Shown here: in pieces, positions 12,293 through 23,866 of the stretch
How positions within the stretch are numbered: position 1 is the first letter of the stretch
Layout: the number at the start of each line of letters is the position of its first letter
From: an uncultured Actinomycetes bacterium
Lineage (GTDB): Bacteria; Actinomycetota; Thermoleophilia; RBG-16-64-13
Direction: 5' to 3'
Assembly: GCA_963706025.1 (NCBI GenBank)
Contig: CAVPLM010000003.1
Location: 480,001 to 544,000, forward strand
Length of the DNA stretch: 64,000 nucleotides
Translations under genes and position numbers: made by a program
The notes under the pieces: model-generated
Told to the model about the DNA's origin: nothing
Databases searched by the model: none
The model's input: only the letters and a program-made list of their open reading frames with translations

Positions 12293-14397
12293 CTATTCCT
12301 CCTTCTCGTTTTGGGTCGCTTCTTCGTCGGTCTCCTGACGCCCTTGTTCCGCGGCCGAAGGATCCTCCAGGGCCTCTTCGGGCGCTTCCACGGCCTCTTC
12401 CAGATCCGGCCGACCGTCCAGCCGTGCCGCCACCAGCTCCGCCAGATCCATGGCCCGGACGGTGTCACCGCGACCGACGCTGCCGAGGCCGTCCTCCATC
12501 ATGGTCAGACAGTAGGGGCAGTTGACTCCGATGATCTCGGGCTCCCTCTCGAGGAGCTGGCCCACCCGCACCTCGTTGACACGCTGGTCGGCCTGCTCCT
12601 CCATCCACATGCGGCCCCCGCCCGCCCCGCAACAGAAGCTCTTAGCCTTGTTGCGCCGCGCCTCGAGCACCGTGACGCCCGGCAAGGCCCGCAGCACCTG
12701 CCTCGGGGCCTCGTATTCCTCCTGATACCGTCCCAGGTAGCAGGAATCGTGATACACGACCCGTGACGGCTTCCGGTCGTCGGTCGGCGTCAGCCTGCCC
12801 TGAGCCAACAGCTCGGCCAGCAGCTCCGTGTGATGGATCACCTCGTAGTGGCCCCCGAAGGCCGGATACTCGTTCTTGAGGGTGTTGAGACAGTGGGGGC
12901 ACAGCGTCACGATCTTGGTGACACCGAGCGAATTCAGGGTCTCGACGTTCTCCTGAGCCAGTGTCTGGAACAAGTACTCGTTTCCTATCCGGCGCATGGG
13001 GTCGCCGCAGCACTTCTCCTTGGTGCCTAGTATCGAGAAGCTGACTCCCGCCCTCTCCATGATCTTTGCCATCGCCTGACTGACTTTGACGTAGCGATCG
13101 TCGAAAGCGCCGGCGCAGCCGACCCAGAACAGGTATTCGCCTGGGCCACCCTCGTCGGCGAGAGCTATGCCGCTGTCTTTGGCCCAGTCTCCGCGGGTGT
13201 GTGCGCCCACGCCCCAGGGGTTGAAGTTCTTCTCCACGTTGCGGCAGGCAAGCTGAGCCTCCTGCGGAAACTCGCCCAGGTCAAGGACCAGGTTCCTGCG
13301 CATGTCGATGATCTTGTTGACGTGCTCGTTCTGTACGGGACACTGCTCTTGGCACGAATAGCAGGTCGTACACGCCCAGATCTCATCTTCCGAGATCACG
13401 TCGCCGATCATGCTCTGGGCAGGCGCCTCCTCGGCGTCCGCTTTGGCGCCTCGGGTCAGGGCCTCGCCTCTTTCGAGTAGGTGGTCTTTGAGCTTGGTCA
13501 TCAGCAACTTGGGCGATAGCTCTTTGCCGCTCTGATAAGCCGGGCAATGGTCTTGGCAGCGGCCGCATTCGGCGCACGCATACAGGTCCAGGAGCTGCTT
13601 TCTGGTGAAGCCCTCCACGCGACTCACGCCGAACTCCTCGACCTCCTCGTTCTCAAGATCCAAGGGATAGATCTGGCCCCCCCGAGGCCTCAGGTCGGCG
13701 AGGAACTCGTTCACCGGGCACATGATGAGGTGCAGGTGCTTGGACATAGGGATGTAGACGAGGAACGCAAGGAGCAGGACGATGTGCAGCCACCAGAAGA
13801 TGTCCATGCCCAGCTGCATCGCGCTCTCGCTCCACCCGCTCGCGGTCACCATCCAGGCTACCGCTCTGGTCATGAAGGCGAGCGAATGGCTTTGGGTCGG
13901 CTCCATCGCGTAGGAAAGGCTGCTGTAGAGGAGGGCCGAGAGGACGATGACGAAGATCAGAGACAGGATGACTGCCGCCTCCAGACTCGGATCCAGCCGT
14001 TTCGGGCGCACGACATACCGGATGTAGGCGGCCACGATCACCGCCACCAGCACCAACACGGTGAATATGTCCACCAGCAGGTAGAAGTAGGGATTGTCGC
14101 CCAGAAGAGGCAGGGAGAACCCGTCCTGCAGACCTTCGCCGATTATCTGCAGCGCGCCTAGTCCGATGACGATGAAGCCCCAGAAGATGAAAAAGTGGAT
14201 GGGCCCCACTCTCTCTTTGAAGAGCTTCTTCTGCCCCAGCACCATGACCACGAAGTTCCAGGTCCGCTTCCAGGATGATCCAGCCTTGACTCGGGTCGGC
14301 CGAGCATGAGGTATCGGATCCGCACCGCCAGGAAGTAGGCGAAGAGCGCAAGTGCGACGACGAGCACCGCTACGAAGACTGCGGAGGTGTAGGTCAA
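12293..14397 (-). CDS. Membrane-anchored Fe-S oxidoreductase (FadF / ETF:menaquinone oxidoreductase-like; NarI-type TM + 2x[4Fe-4S] + CCG domains); frameshift ~14280
   Basis: HFFIFWGF, WWLH...SKHLH, CAECGRCQDHCP, CTTCYSCQEQCP, CCGD, YHDSCYLGR, CCGAGGG; directly downstream of etfBA. Confidence 0.9.
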
Positions 14398-14465
14398 CCC
14401 CGTTCTCCTTCAGCCTTACCCGCGCCGATCGCACCCTGCCGGCAAAGCGTCATTCTAAGCGACCT

Positions 14466-15454
14466 CTAGGACGCCGCTTTGCGCCGGTGGATCTCCTCGG
14501 TCAACGCGGGAATCACGCTGAACAGATCCCCCACCACGCCGAAGTCGGCAAAGGAGAAGATGGGCGCGTCCGGATCTTTGTTGATGGCCACGATGTACCG
14601 GGAGGTCTGCATCCCGGCCCGGTGCTGGATAGACCCAGAGATGCCACAGGCGATATAGAGCTCGGGCGAGACCGTCTTGCCGGTCTGTCCCACCTGGTAT
14701 TGGTGGTGTTTCCAGCCGGCGTCCACCACCGCTCGGCTGGCACCGACGGCGGCGCCGAGCTCCTCGGCCAGAGCTTGAATGACGCTGAAGCCGTCGGCGC
14801 TCCCGAGGCCTCGGCCGCCGGAGACAATGATCGAAGCTTCCTCGAGGCTCACCATCCCGACGTTCTCGACGACCACATCGACCACTTTGGTCAGAAGGCC
14901 GTTGGGAGTGAAGTCGACCGAGAGTGGTATGACCTCCGCGTCCCCCGCCGCTTCCTCGCGGGCAAACGCACTCGGGCGCACCGTGGCGATCGCCGGGCCG
15001 GCCGTGGCCTCCTTCTCCACGATCACGCTTCCCCCAAAGCACGGGTGGGTCGCTATGAAGCGCCCGTCTCGGGCCTCCAGACCGGTGACGTCGACCAGCA
15101 GGCCTACGCCCAGGCGGGCGGCGCAACCCGCGGCTAGGTCGCGTCCGTCGGCGAGTTGGCAAAAAGGACCACAGCCGGGTCTGTCGCCTGGATGGCGGCC
15201 ATGGCCGCGTCGGCGAAGGGACCCGATCGGAACACCGCGGTCTCGGGCTCTCGACCACGTAGACGCGGCCGGCGCCGTCGCGGGCAGCCTGGGCTGCCAA
15301 CGGCCCGGCCTCGGTGGCTACGACGACCACGCTCACCGGCCCGCCGACTGCGCCGACCAAGCTCGCGGGCCCGAGTGATGCTCTCCAGGGTCACGTTGGC
15401 AAGCTTCCCCTGCCCTGGGTTCCGCTACAACAAGGATGCCGCTTTTGTACTCAC
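14466..15454 (-). CDS. etfA: Electron transfer flavoprotein alpha subunit (frameshifted 5' part)
   Basis: [51 protein letters not shown]. Confidence 0.92.
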
Positions 15455-15470
15455 GGCTCTTTCTCCCCTC

Positions 15471-16247
15471 CTAAACGAGCTTCTCGCTCGTCAAGAAATC
15501 GGCTAACCGCTGGGCGCCCGCACCGTCGTCCTCGATCTTGACCCCAGCCTTCCGGGGTTCGGGAACGGTGGCCGACAGCACGCGCGTCTGGGCGCCCGAC
15601 AGGCCATCTGGGCCGTGTCGAGACTGAGGGCTGTCGGGTCTTTGACATCAGGGGCTTCTTCTTGGCGCCCATGATGCCTTTCATCGATGGATAGCGGGGC
15701 TCGTTGATGCCCTTGACCACCGAGACGAACGGCCGGCAGCAGGGCATTCGTAGGCGATGTAACCCTGTTCGGTCTCCCGGTGGACCATGAGGGTGGAGTC
15801 GCCGACCTCCACCTTCGACAAAGACCGAGAGCAGGGGCAGATCCAGTCGCTCGGCCACGGCGGCCGGCACGCAGCCGGTCTCGCCATCCGTGGACCGGCG
15901 CCGAAGACCACCAGGTCGAACTCGAGGCTCTTCAGCGCTTCCGCCAGAGCGTAGGCCGTGCCTTGGGCGTCGGAGCCGGCGAGGGTGGCGTCGCTGACCA
16001 GAGAGCGCTGGTCGGCCCCCATGGCAAGAGCCTTGCGGATCGCCTCGTCGCAGTCTCGGGCCCCATGCAGAGCGACGTGACCTCGCCGCCGTGGGCCTCC
16101 ACCAGACGCAAGGCTTCCTCGACCGCGTATTCGTCGTACGGGTTGAGAATGCTGTTCACGCTACGGTCCAAACGCCAAGTCGCCGGGGTCGAGTCTCTTC
16201 TCGGCCTCCGTGTCGACCACCTGCTTAACGCACACCACGATATTCAC
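15471..16247 (-). CDS. etfB: Electron transfer flavoprotein beta subunit (several frameshifts)
   Basis: NIVVCVKQV, NPYDEYAVEEAL, MGAD, NEPRYPSMKGIMGAKKK. Confidence 0.9.
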
Positions 16248-16565
16248 GAGCCTTCCCTCTTTCGCAAGGCGACACTCGATCGCGCCTGTATCCTGACCGC
16301 GCCGTCGCTGATCCTGCCCCGCTCTCCGGCCGGCCGCTACATGATAGCCGAGTCAGGACCGGGGGAAGAACTTCGACAGAACTTTTCATCGCTGCCGCCT
16401 AGTATTACAAGGCCGTATACATGGGATCGGATCTCTCGCGGGCGGGAAGGACGACCGAGCCAGAGGGCGAGCCAGACGAGCGAGCCTTCTATCTAGCGGA
16501 GGGGTCTGACCGACCTCTCAGACCCTCCCGGCCAAGACTCGACCCCCGGCCCGCGACTCGGCCCG

Positions 16566-17018
16566 TCACTCAGTGGCCGCGTCACCCCTCTCGACCTTGT
16601 CGTACCGGCCGCCCGTGACGGTGGTGAAATGGAAGATGGGCCTGTCGACGCGTGTCAGCACCAGCGGGCAGTGCTTCATCCCCGCCGGGACGAAGATCAT
16701 GGCGGTGCGGTCGATGACGTGCTTGTCGTCTTCCAGCCAGATCTCGACTTCGCCTCCGAGGTCGTACGGGTCCGTCGGATCGCTGCCGAAGAAGCCGATG
16801 ATCTCATCGGTGTCGTGGACGTGAGGTTTGTCTTCGATGGTCTTCGCGGTCGGCCTGAGGAACCAGGAGGTGTTCATGTGGAACGCCCCCTCGACGACCT
16901 CATCGTCCAGCCACAGGATGCGGAAGGCGTACTTGGAGTACTCGTCGGCGATCCGACGCTTGGCCTCCGGCATCTTGAGCTCGGTCACGATGTATTTGGA
17001 AGTCTCAGGCGGAGCCAT
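16566..17018 (-). CDS. Cupin-like hypothetical protein
   Basis: PHVHDTDEIIGFFG...FVPAGMKHCP cupin-type His/Glu motifs. Confidence 0.65.
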   Translation of the reverse strand: MAPPETSKYIVTELKMPEAKRRIADEYSKYAFRILWLDDEVVEGAFHMNTSWFLRPTAKTIEDKPHVHDTDEIIGFFGSDPTDPYDLGGEVEIWLEDDKHVIDRTAMIFVPAGMKHCPLVLTRVDRPIFHFTTVTGGRYDKVERGDAATE

Positions 17019-17107
17019 GGCGGGATCAGGCTACCACGACCGCATGTCGATGGGAATCATCCGGGTCGAGACAGGCCGATCGCTGCCGCCCGCGACCCCA
17101 TGCGGCC

Positions 17108-18019
17108 TTACGTCTCGCGCGGGCGCCGCCGAGCGCCGCCGCGCTCTGAGACACCCGCGCGGATGTGCACCATGAGGGCCCGCGCAGCCGCGGGCAGGGG
17201 ACGGTCCCGGGGGTAGATGAGAACGAGATCCCGGGCCATCGTTTCTTGGAAGGGGATGGCGACCAGCCCCTCGAGGGTCTCCGGCCCGAGGAGCATCTTG
17301 GGCATCGGCGCTACACCCAGGCCCCTTCTGACCAGGGCCTTGGTCAGCTCCGGGTAAGTGGCTCGGTAGGAGATTCTGGGTTCGAAGCCCGCCCGACGAA
17401 AAGCATCGGCGGCTATGTTGCTGGCGTTCATGGTGCTCGGGGGGAGCAGGATGGACTCCCTGGCGAGCGCGCTCAAAGATGCAGACGGGTGATTCGCAAG
17501 CCGGTGGCCCCGAGGGACCACCAGCAGGATCTCTTCCGTCAGCAGATGGTGGGTCGCGGTCCGAGCCGACCCCCACGGCGTCATCACGGCGCAGTCGAGT
17601 TCCCCACTGATGACCGCGTCCTCACAGGCGGAATCGTTCTTCTCGACGAGATCGACACTAACATTCGGATAGGCGGCGGAGAACGAGGCCAGGGCCGGCG
17701 TCAGCAGGTGGGCGAAGACACTGCCGGTGGCGCCGAATCGCAGCGTGGTCGGCCCGGCCCCGGCCTGCTCGCGGATGAGACTCACCGCATCGTTGGCACG
17801 GGTGATGATGGCCTGGGCAAGTGGCAGCAGCAGCTCTCCACTCGGAGTGCACTCCACATGTCGTCCGTAGCGCTCGAAGAGTCTGGCCCCAAGCTCATTC
17901 TCCAGGCGGGCGATCTGACGGCTGAGAGTGGGCTGAGTGGAATGCATGGCCCGCGCGGCCCGGCTGAAGCTCCGTGCCTCCGCCACGGCCACGAAGGATT
18001 TGAAGAGATCCAATTCCAT
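17108..18019 (-). CDS. LysR-family transcriptional regulator, divergent from the XDH operon
   Basis: FVAVAEARSFSRAA...TQPTLSRQIARLENELGARLFER. Confidence 0.95.
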   Translation of the reverse strand: MELDLFKSFVAVAEARSFSRAARAMHSTQPTLSRQIARLENELGARLFERYGRHVECTPSGELLLPLAQAIITRANDAVSLIREQAGAGPTTLRFGATGSVFAHLLTPALASFSAAYPNVSVDLVEKNDSACEDAVISGELDCAVMTPWGSARTATHHLLTEEILLVVPRGHRLANHPSASLSALARESILLPPSTMNASNIAADAFRRAGFEPRISYRATYPELTKALVRRGLGVAPMPKMLLGPETLEGLVAIPFQETMARDLVLIYPRDRPLPAAARALMVHIRAGVSERGGARRRPRET

Positions 18020-18218
18020 CTATACGGAATTGTAATACTTCGGGGCAACCATGAGAAGTAGCGTGGAAGTGATGGACAGGGCACGGTCTGTCTATTAGGG
18101 GCCGTAATGACCCTGGTAATATGCCTTATCATTCTGAGGGCGACGTCGTCTTCGATGCCCGCGTGCGCCGGGCTTGGACGCCAGGCCAGAGCATATTCCG
18201 AATGGGGGGTCGTTGAGT

Positions 18219-18728
18219 ATGTTGGAAGTGGAAGAGACAACAGCAGTCTCCCGAGCCACTGTGGACCTCGTGGTGAACGGAGAATCCCACACCATACCCG
18301 TGCAACCCCAGTGGACGCTCCAGTACGTGCTCGCGGAGAGACTGGGGCTGACGGGGACCAAAGAATTCTGCGGGGAAGGGGCCTGCGGCGCCTGCACCGT
18401 GATCATGGACGGCAGGCCGGTCCTTTCCTGCATGATGCTGGCCATCGAGTGCGCGGGCAAGAGCATAGAGACCATCGAAGGCATCACCAAAGCCGACCAT
18501 CCGCTCATCGAAGCCTACGTGAAGCACAGCTGCATGCAGTGCGGTTTCTGCACTCCCGGCTTCGTCGTGACCGCCAAAGCCCTGCTGGACCGGAATCCAG
18601 ACCCGACGGTAGAGGAGATCAAGGAGGCCATGGTGGGCAATCTGTGCCGGTGCGGGACCTATCCTCAGCACATCAAGGCCATCCTGGAAGCCGCCGCGGT
18701 CCTGCGGGGAGGTGATGGCCATGACTGA
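18219..18728 (+). CDS. Xanthine dehydrogenase-family [2Fe-2S] subunit (CoxS-like)
   Basis: GTKEFCGEGACGACTV, QCGFCTPG, GNLCRCGTY. Confidence 0.95.
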   Translation: MLEVEETTAVSRATVDLVVNGESHTIPVQPQWTLQYVLAERLGLTGTKEFCGEGACGACTVIMDGRPVLSCMMLAIECAGKSIETIEGITKADHPLIEAYVKHSCMQCGFCTPGFVVTAKALLDRNPDPTVEEIKEAMVGNLCRCGTYPQHIKAILEAAAVLRGGDGHD

Positions 18729-21180
18729 TAGCGAGAAGCAACGGATGCTGGAATCCTTCGATAACAAACGGGCTGACAAGTACCCCCTGAAGGAGTATGA
18801 GAGCATCGGCAAACGCGGGGTGCGGCGCACCGATGGTTACGAGAAGGCCACCGGAGCCGCCAAATACACGCTCGACGTGAAGTTGCCGGGCATGCTCTAC
18901 GGAAGGTTCCTCACCTCTCCCTATCCCCATGCGCAGATCGTCAGCATGGATACCTCCGAGGCGGAGAAGCTGCCGGGGGTGAGAGCGGTACTCAGGTACG
19001 ACGACCCGGAGCTGCCCGAAGGCGCGAGTCTGGGCGGGCACGAGCTGAACAGCGTGCCGCCGATCCCCCGCGTCGCCCATTTTCAAGGTGAAGAGGTAGG
19101 CGCTTTCGTGTGCGCCGACAGCGAGGAGATCGCCGAGCAGGCTCTGGGATCGATACGGGTGGAGTGGGAGCAACGCCCCTTCATCCTTGACGTGGAGAAA
19201 GCCCTGGAGCCGGGTGCTCCTCTCAGCAATCCGGAAGACAACCCCGATGGCAATCTGGACAGCAGGGGCGTGTACATCGAGGGGCACGGAGACGTCCAGA
19301 AGGGCTTCGCCGCCGCGGACAAGATCATCGAGTTCAAGTTCACCCAGGGACTGAATACCTGGGTGGGCCCCGAGCGCCCCTGCGGGGTGTGGAGATGGAA
19401 CGGCGAGTACGCCGAGGTCTGGGTCAAGCAGCAGCGGCCTCACATCTGCAAGCGGGCCATATCCACCTGGTTTGGCGGGCTGCCCATGAACAAGATCGAC
19501 ATCCATTGCCTCTACCAGGGCGCCAGCTTCGGCGGCTGGAGCCAGATGGGCTGGAACCTCGGTGGCACCTACTGCGCGGCCGTCGTGGCTAAGCGCACCG
19601 GGAGGCCGGTCAAATGGCTCTTCAACAGGAGAGAGGACTTCTACGGCGGCGAAATGGATGCCGGAGTGTTCTATCTCAAAGTGGGAGCCAAGCTGGATGG
19701 GACCATCACTGCGGTGGAGGAGAGAGGAGTGGTGGTCAACCAGGCCATGCCGGTGTTCGGCATCGCCAAGCACTTCCTCGAGAACACCAGGGTCCCCCAC
19801 GTGTATGGCAGAACGGAAGCGGTCTGGGTGAACAAAGGCCCCAATGTACCCACCCGCTGCGAGCAGAACCTCAACTGCTACAGCCTCAACCTGGTCACGA
19901 ATCAGGTGGCGGACGCCCTAGGGCTGGACCCGACCGAAGTCGCCCTCAAGAACGACGGCGCCGAAGGGCACGACAGCGATTGGTTGAACGAGCGCAAGGC
20001 CGAGCTGGGCTTTGCGGTGAGAGACAGCCTGAGGGAGTGCATCGAAAAGGGGAAAGCCGCCATCGACTGGGACAACAAACGCCACGCCCCGGGTGCGAAG
20101 AGGCTGCCCAACGGGAGGATGCATGGTCTCGGCTTCACCTGGACCCATGAATGGGACGACTCGGCCGGCACCAGCGAAGTGGCGATCTACGTCGAGCGCA
20201 ACGACGGTACGGCCACCATCCTGGGCTGCCGGGCCGACGGCGGGCAGAACGCCGAGACCGCCTATTGCCAGATCGCGGCGGACGAGCTGGGCTTCCGGGT
20301 GGAAGACGTCCGCTTCAAGCACCAGGACGATGCCGGCTTCTTCACCATGACCCCGGATACCTCCACCAACCTGACCGTCAACGGATGGGCCGTGCGGCAC
20401 GCCGCCCGGATGCTGAAGGAGAAACTGCTGGAGACGGCTGTGAGCCCCCGGGGAGTTACGCAACTGAGCAGCTTCCCGCCGGCCTTCCCCGAGAAGCGGG
20501 CGGAAGAGCTGGACATCAAGGACGGCGTGATCTTCGAGAAGGCCGACCCGTCAAACAGGATGACGGTGGCGGACTTCGTCGGACCTTCCGGGGCGCAGGG
20601 ACCGCTCATGTCGCCCGTCGGTGAACCCATCCTGGCCGGGAAAGAAGGCTTGGCCTATCCCATGCGGCTGACACCGCCGATGTTCGAGCACGCTTGGCAG
20701 GTCCAGCGCGGGACCTACCTGGGAGCGCGCGTCCGCTTCTGTCGTCAGGCCCACTTCATGGAAGTGGAGGTCGACCCGGAGACCGGCGAGGTGGAGATAA
20801 CACGAGTGGTCACGGTCAACGACGTCGGCAAGGTGATCAACTGGGACGGATGCGAAGGGCAGGCTTATGGAGGGGCCTACATGGGTGTCGGTCGAGGCCG
20901 GACCGAAGAGGTCGTGTATGACGCCAGGACCGGCATCATGCTCAATGGGAACCTCCTGAACTACAAGATCCCCACTTTGATGGATATCGGCGAGATCGAC
21001 ACCATCCTCGTGGAAACGGGGATGGGCTACGGTCCCTATGGCACCGTCGGTATCGGAGAGGACGTGGCTACCGTGCTGCCGGCGCTGATAGGGCCGGCGG
21101 TCCACAATGCCATCGGCGCGTGGCTGGAAGGCTTTCCGGCGACACCCGACAGGGTGCTCAAAGCGTTGGGCAAGGCTTAG
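18721..21180 (+). CDS. Xanthine dehydrogenase-family molybdopterin-binding subunit
   Basis: DGYEKATGAAKY, SPYPHA, EVEVDPETGEV, DVGKVIN, EGQAYGG, GIGE. Confidence 0.92.
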   Translation: MTDSEKQRMLESFDNKRADKYPLKEYESIGKRGVRRTDGYEKATGAAKYTLDVKLPGMLYGRFLTSPYPHAQIVSMDTSEAEKLPGVRAVLRYDDPELPEGASLGGHELNSVPPIPRVAHFQGEEVGAFVCADSEEIAEQALGSIRVEWEQRPFILDVEKALEPGAPLSNPEDNPDGNLDSRGVYIEGHGDVQKGFAAADKIIEFKFTQGLNTWVGPERPCGVWRWNGEYAEVWVKQQRPHICKRAISTWFGGLPMNKIDIHCLYQGASFGGWSQMGWNLGGTYCAAVVAKRTGRPVKWLFNRREDFYGGEMDAGVFYLKVGAKLDGTITAVEERGVVVNQAMPVFGIAKHFLENTRVPHVYGRTEAVWVNKGPNVPTRCEQNLNCYSLNLVTNQVADALGLDPTEVALKNDGAEGHDSDWLNERKAELGFAVRDSLRECIEKGKAAIDWDNKRHAPGAKRLPNGRMHGLGFTWTHEWDDSAGTSEVAIYVERNDGTATILGCRADGGQNAETAYCQIAADELGFRVEDVRFKHQDDAGFFTMTPDTSTNLTVNGWAVRHAARMLKEKLLETAVSPRGVTQLSSFPPAFPEKRAEELDIKDGVIFEKADPSNRMTVADFVGPSGAQGPLMSPVGEPILAGKEGLAYPMRLTPPMFEHAWQVQRGTYLGARVRFCRQAHFMEVEVDPETGEVEITRVVTVNDVGKVINWDGCEGQAYGGAYMGVGRGRTEEVVYDARTGIMLNGNLLNYKIPTLMDIGEIDTILVETGMGYGPYGTVGIGEDVATVLPALIGPAVHNAIGAWLEGFPATPDRVLKALGKA

Positions 21181-21195
21181 CCAAGGAGTGCGCAG

Positions 21196-23563
21196 ATGAA
21201 GACATTCAGGCACGTAAGCGCCCAATCGATAGAAGAGGCGACCTCCATCCTTCGGGAGTCCGGCGGAAAGGCGCGCATCATCGCCGGCGGCACCGATCTC
21301 TTGGGCGAGATGAGGGACGGCATCCTGGCCGAGTACCCGGAGGTACTGGTCAATATCAAGAACATCCCGGGCCTGGACTACGTCCGGGAAGACGACGGCA
21401 GGCTGCTCATCGGGGCTCTGACCAGGTTGGAAGACCTGGCCACCGACGAGACCGTCAAGAACGACTACCCCGCGCTGGCCGAAGCCGCTCGCAAGACGGC
21501 TTCCCCTCATATCAGGGAAATGGGGACCGTCGCCGGCAATATCTGCCAGAACAACCGCTGCTGGTACTACTGGGTCCCGAACAATCTCTTCCACTGTCTG
21601 CGGAAAGGCGGCAGGGCCTGCTATGCGCTGACCGGAGACGCGAGATACCACTCGATCTTCGGAGCTGCCCGGGTGGAGGCCACGGCCTGTTCCAGAGCCT
21701 GCCCGAACGGCATCGACATAGCCTCCTACTTGAGCAAGATAAGGGAGGGCGACCTGGCCTCGGCGGGCGCGACACTGCTCGAGACGAATCCCGTCCCGGC
21801 CGTGACGGGAAGAGTCTGCCCCCACTGGTGCGAGACCGACTGTGCCCGCGGTGAGTTCGACGAAGCGGTCTCGATCAGGGACGTCGAGCGGTTTCTCGGG
21901 GATCACATCCTGGAGAACTTGGACGAGTTCTTCGAAGCTCCTCTGCAGGAGACCTCGAAGCGGGTGGCGGTCATTGGTTCCGGTCCGGCCGGGCTTTCCG
22001 CCGCCTACTATCTCCGGCAGGCTGGGCACGAGGTGACCGTTTTCGAGCGCATGCCGGAGGCCGGCGGCCTGCTAGCCTACGGGATACCGCCCTACCGTCT
22101 TCCCAGGGACATACTTCGGAAACAGATCGAAGCCTTCGAGAAGACGGGCATAGAGTTCACCGTGGGGACCGCGATCGACAAGGACAGATTCCGGGAGCTC
22201 GCGGAGAGCTTCGACGCGGTGTTCGTGGCCGCCGGCGCCTGGCAGGAGACCGAGGCTGGGATCTCGGGAGAGCAGTGCCTGATGTCCGGCACGGACTTCC
22301 TGAGGAGCCGCGTATCTGGAGCCGCAAGACGTGGCCGGGAAGACGATCGGGGTCATCGGCGGAGGGAATACCGCCATCGACGTCGCCCGCTCCCTGCTGA
22401 GATTGGGGGCCCGTCCGGTGGTCTTCTACCGGCGGACCAAGGATGAGATGCCCGCCCTGGACGAGGAAGTGGAGAAGGCGGAGCAGGAAGGGGTGCGCTT
22501 CGAGTTCCTGACGCAGCCGGTGGGAGCCAGTGAGGAGACCGGCGGGGTGGAACTGACCTGCTGCCGGATGGAACTCGGGGAGTTGGACCAGAGCGGCCGG
22601 CCCCGCCCAGTGCGGATAGACGGCTCGGAATACGCGGTGCGGTGCGACGTGGTCATGAAAGCCATCGTCGAGAAGCCGGACTATTCGTTCCTGCCGGCGG
22701 GATTCGTCGATGAGCGGGGCAAGCTCAAGCTCGACGAAGTAAGCTTCTCCCTGGGCAAGGGCGTCTTCGCCGGAGGGGACTTCGTCACCGGACCCGCGAC
22801 GGTCGCGGAAGCGGTGAGTGCCGGCCGGGACGCGGCTCGAGCCATAGATCGATATCTGCTGGGCAAGACGGAGGAAGAGGAAGAGGGTGCGCCGGTCTGT
22901 GCCTTTGGCGAGACGTTCAGCGGTTCTTGCCTTGAACAGAGCAGCAGGGTCGAGGTGCCGGAGCTCTCGCTTACGGAGAGAGTGAGGGGTCTGGAGGTCG
23001 AGGAGACCGGCACACTGGACCGGAGCGCGGTGGAGACAGAGGCTAACCGCTGCTTCAACTGCGGTTGCGTGGCCGTGAACCCCTCCGACCTGGCTCCGGT
23101 GTTGATAGCCCTGGCCGCTAAGATCAGGACTTCCGAGAGGGTCATCGCGGCCGAGGAGTTCTTCTCCGTAGGCGTCGATACGAGCACGGTGCTTCGTGAC
23201 GGCGAGATGGTGCTGGAAGTCGAGATCCCCAGGCTCAGCGCGACCACTCGGTCCACATTCATCAAGTTCGCATTGAGGAAATCGATCGACTTCTCGATCG
23301 TCGACTGCGCCGCGGCGCTGGACATAGCCGACGGCGTGGTCAGATCGGCCCGGATCTGTCTGAACTCGGTCTACGGCGTTCCTTTCAGGGTGACCGGGGC
23401 GGAACAGTACATCGCCGGCAGATCGATCGATGAGTCGACCGCCGAGCAGGCAGCCGACGCGGGAATGGAGGGAGCGTTTCCGCTTCTCAACAATCGGTAC
23501 AAGATCCAGATAGCCCGGACGCTGGTCAAGAGAGCGATATTGGCCTGCCGCCCGGGTGCCTGA
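21196..23563 (+). CDS. XDH-family FAD subunit (PaoB/HcrB-like) with internal GltD/NfnB-like Fe-S flavoprotein module; frameshift ~22320
   Basis: IAGGTDLL, ASPHIREMGTVAGN, then CSRACP, TGRVCPHWCETDC, GSGPAG, GGGNTAID, FAGGD, RCFNC, then PSDLAPVL, KFALRKSIDF, NRYKI. Confidence 0.9.
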
Positions 23564-23581
23564 ACGCACTGACGAGAGGTA

Positions 23582-23857
23582 ATGAGCGTCAAGGTAAGAG
23601 TCTTCTATCCGGAGCTGCAACGCCTTGTCGCCGGCCCGGATGAGATCCGGGTCGATGGGGAGACGGTGGGCGAGTGCCTCGCCGATCTCGTGCGGCAGTA
23701 TCCGGGCGCCCGGCAGCTGATATTCGATACCCGCGGTGGGTTGTTGAAACCGGTGTACGTGTTCGTCAACGCGGAGAGCATGTACAAGGCGGACCTGGCC
23801 AGAGCGGTCAGCGGCAAGGATGAGCTGATCCTGGCAGTGCTGGCGACCGGCGGGTGA
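23582..23857 (+). CDS. MoaD/ThiS-family sulfur carrier
   Basis: 91-aa ubiquitin-like protein, VFVN, C-terminal GG. Confidence 0.85.
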   Translation: MSVKVRVFYPELQRLVAGPDEIRVDGETVGECLADLVRQYPGARQLIFDTRGGLLKPVYVFVNAESMYKADLARAVSGKDELILAVLATGG

Positions 23858-23866
23858 CCCGCGGTC

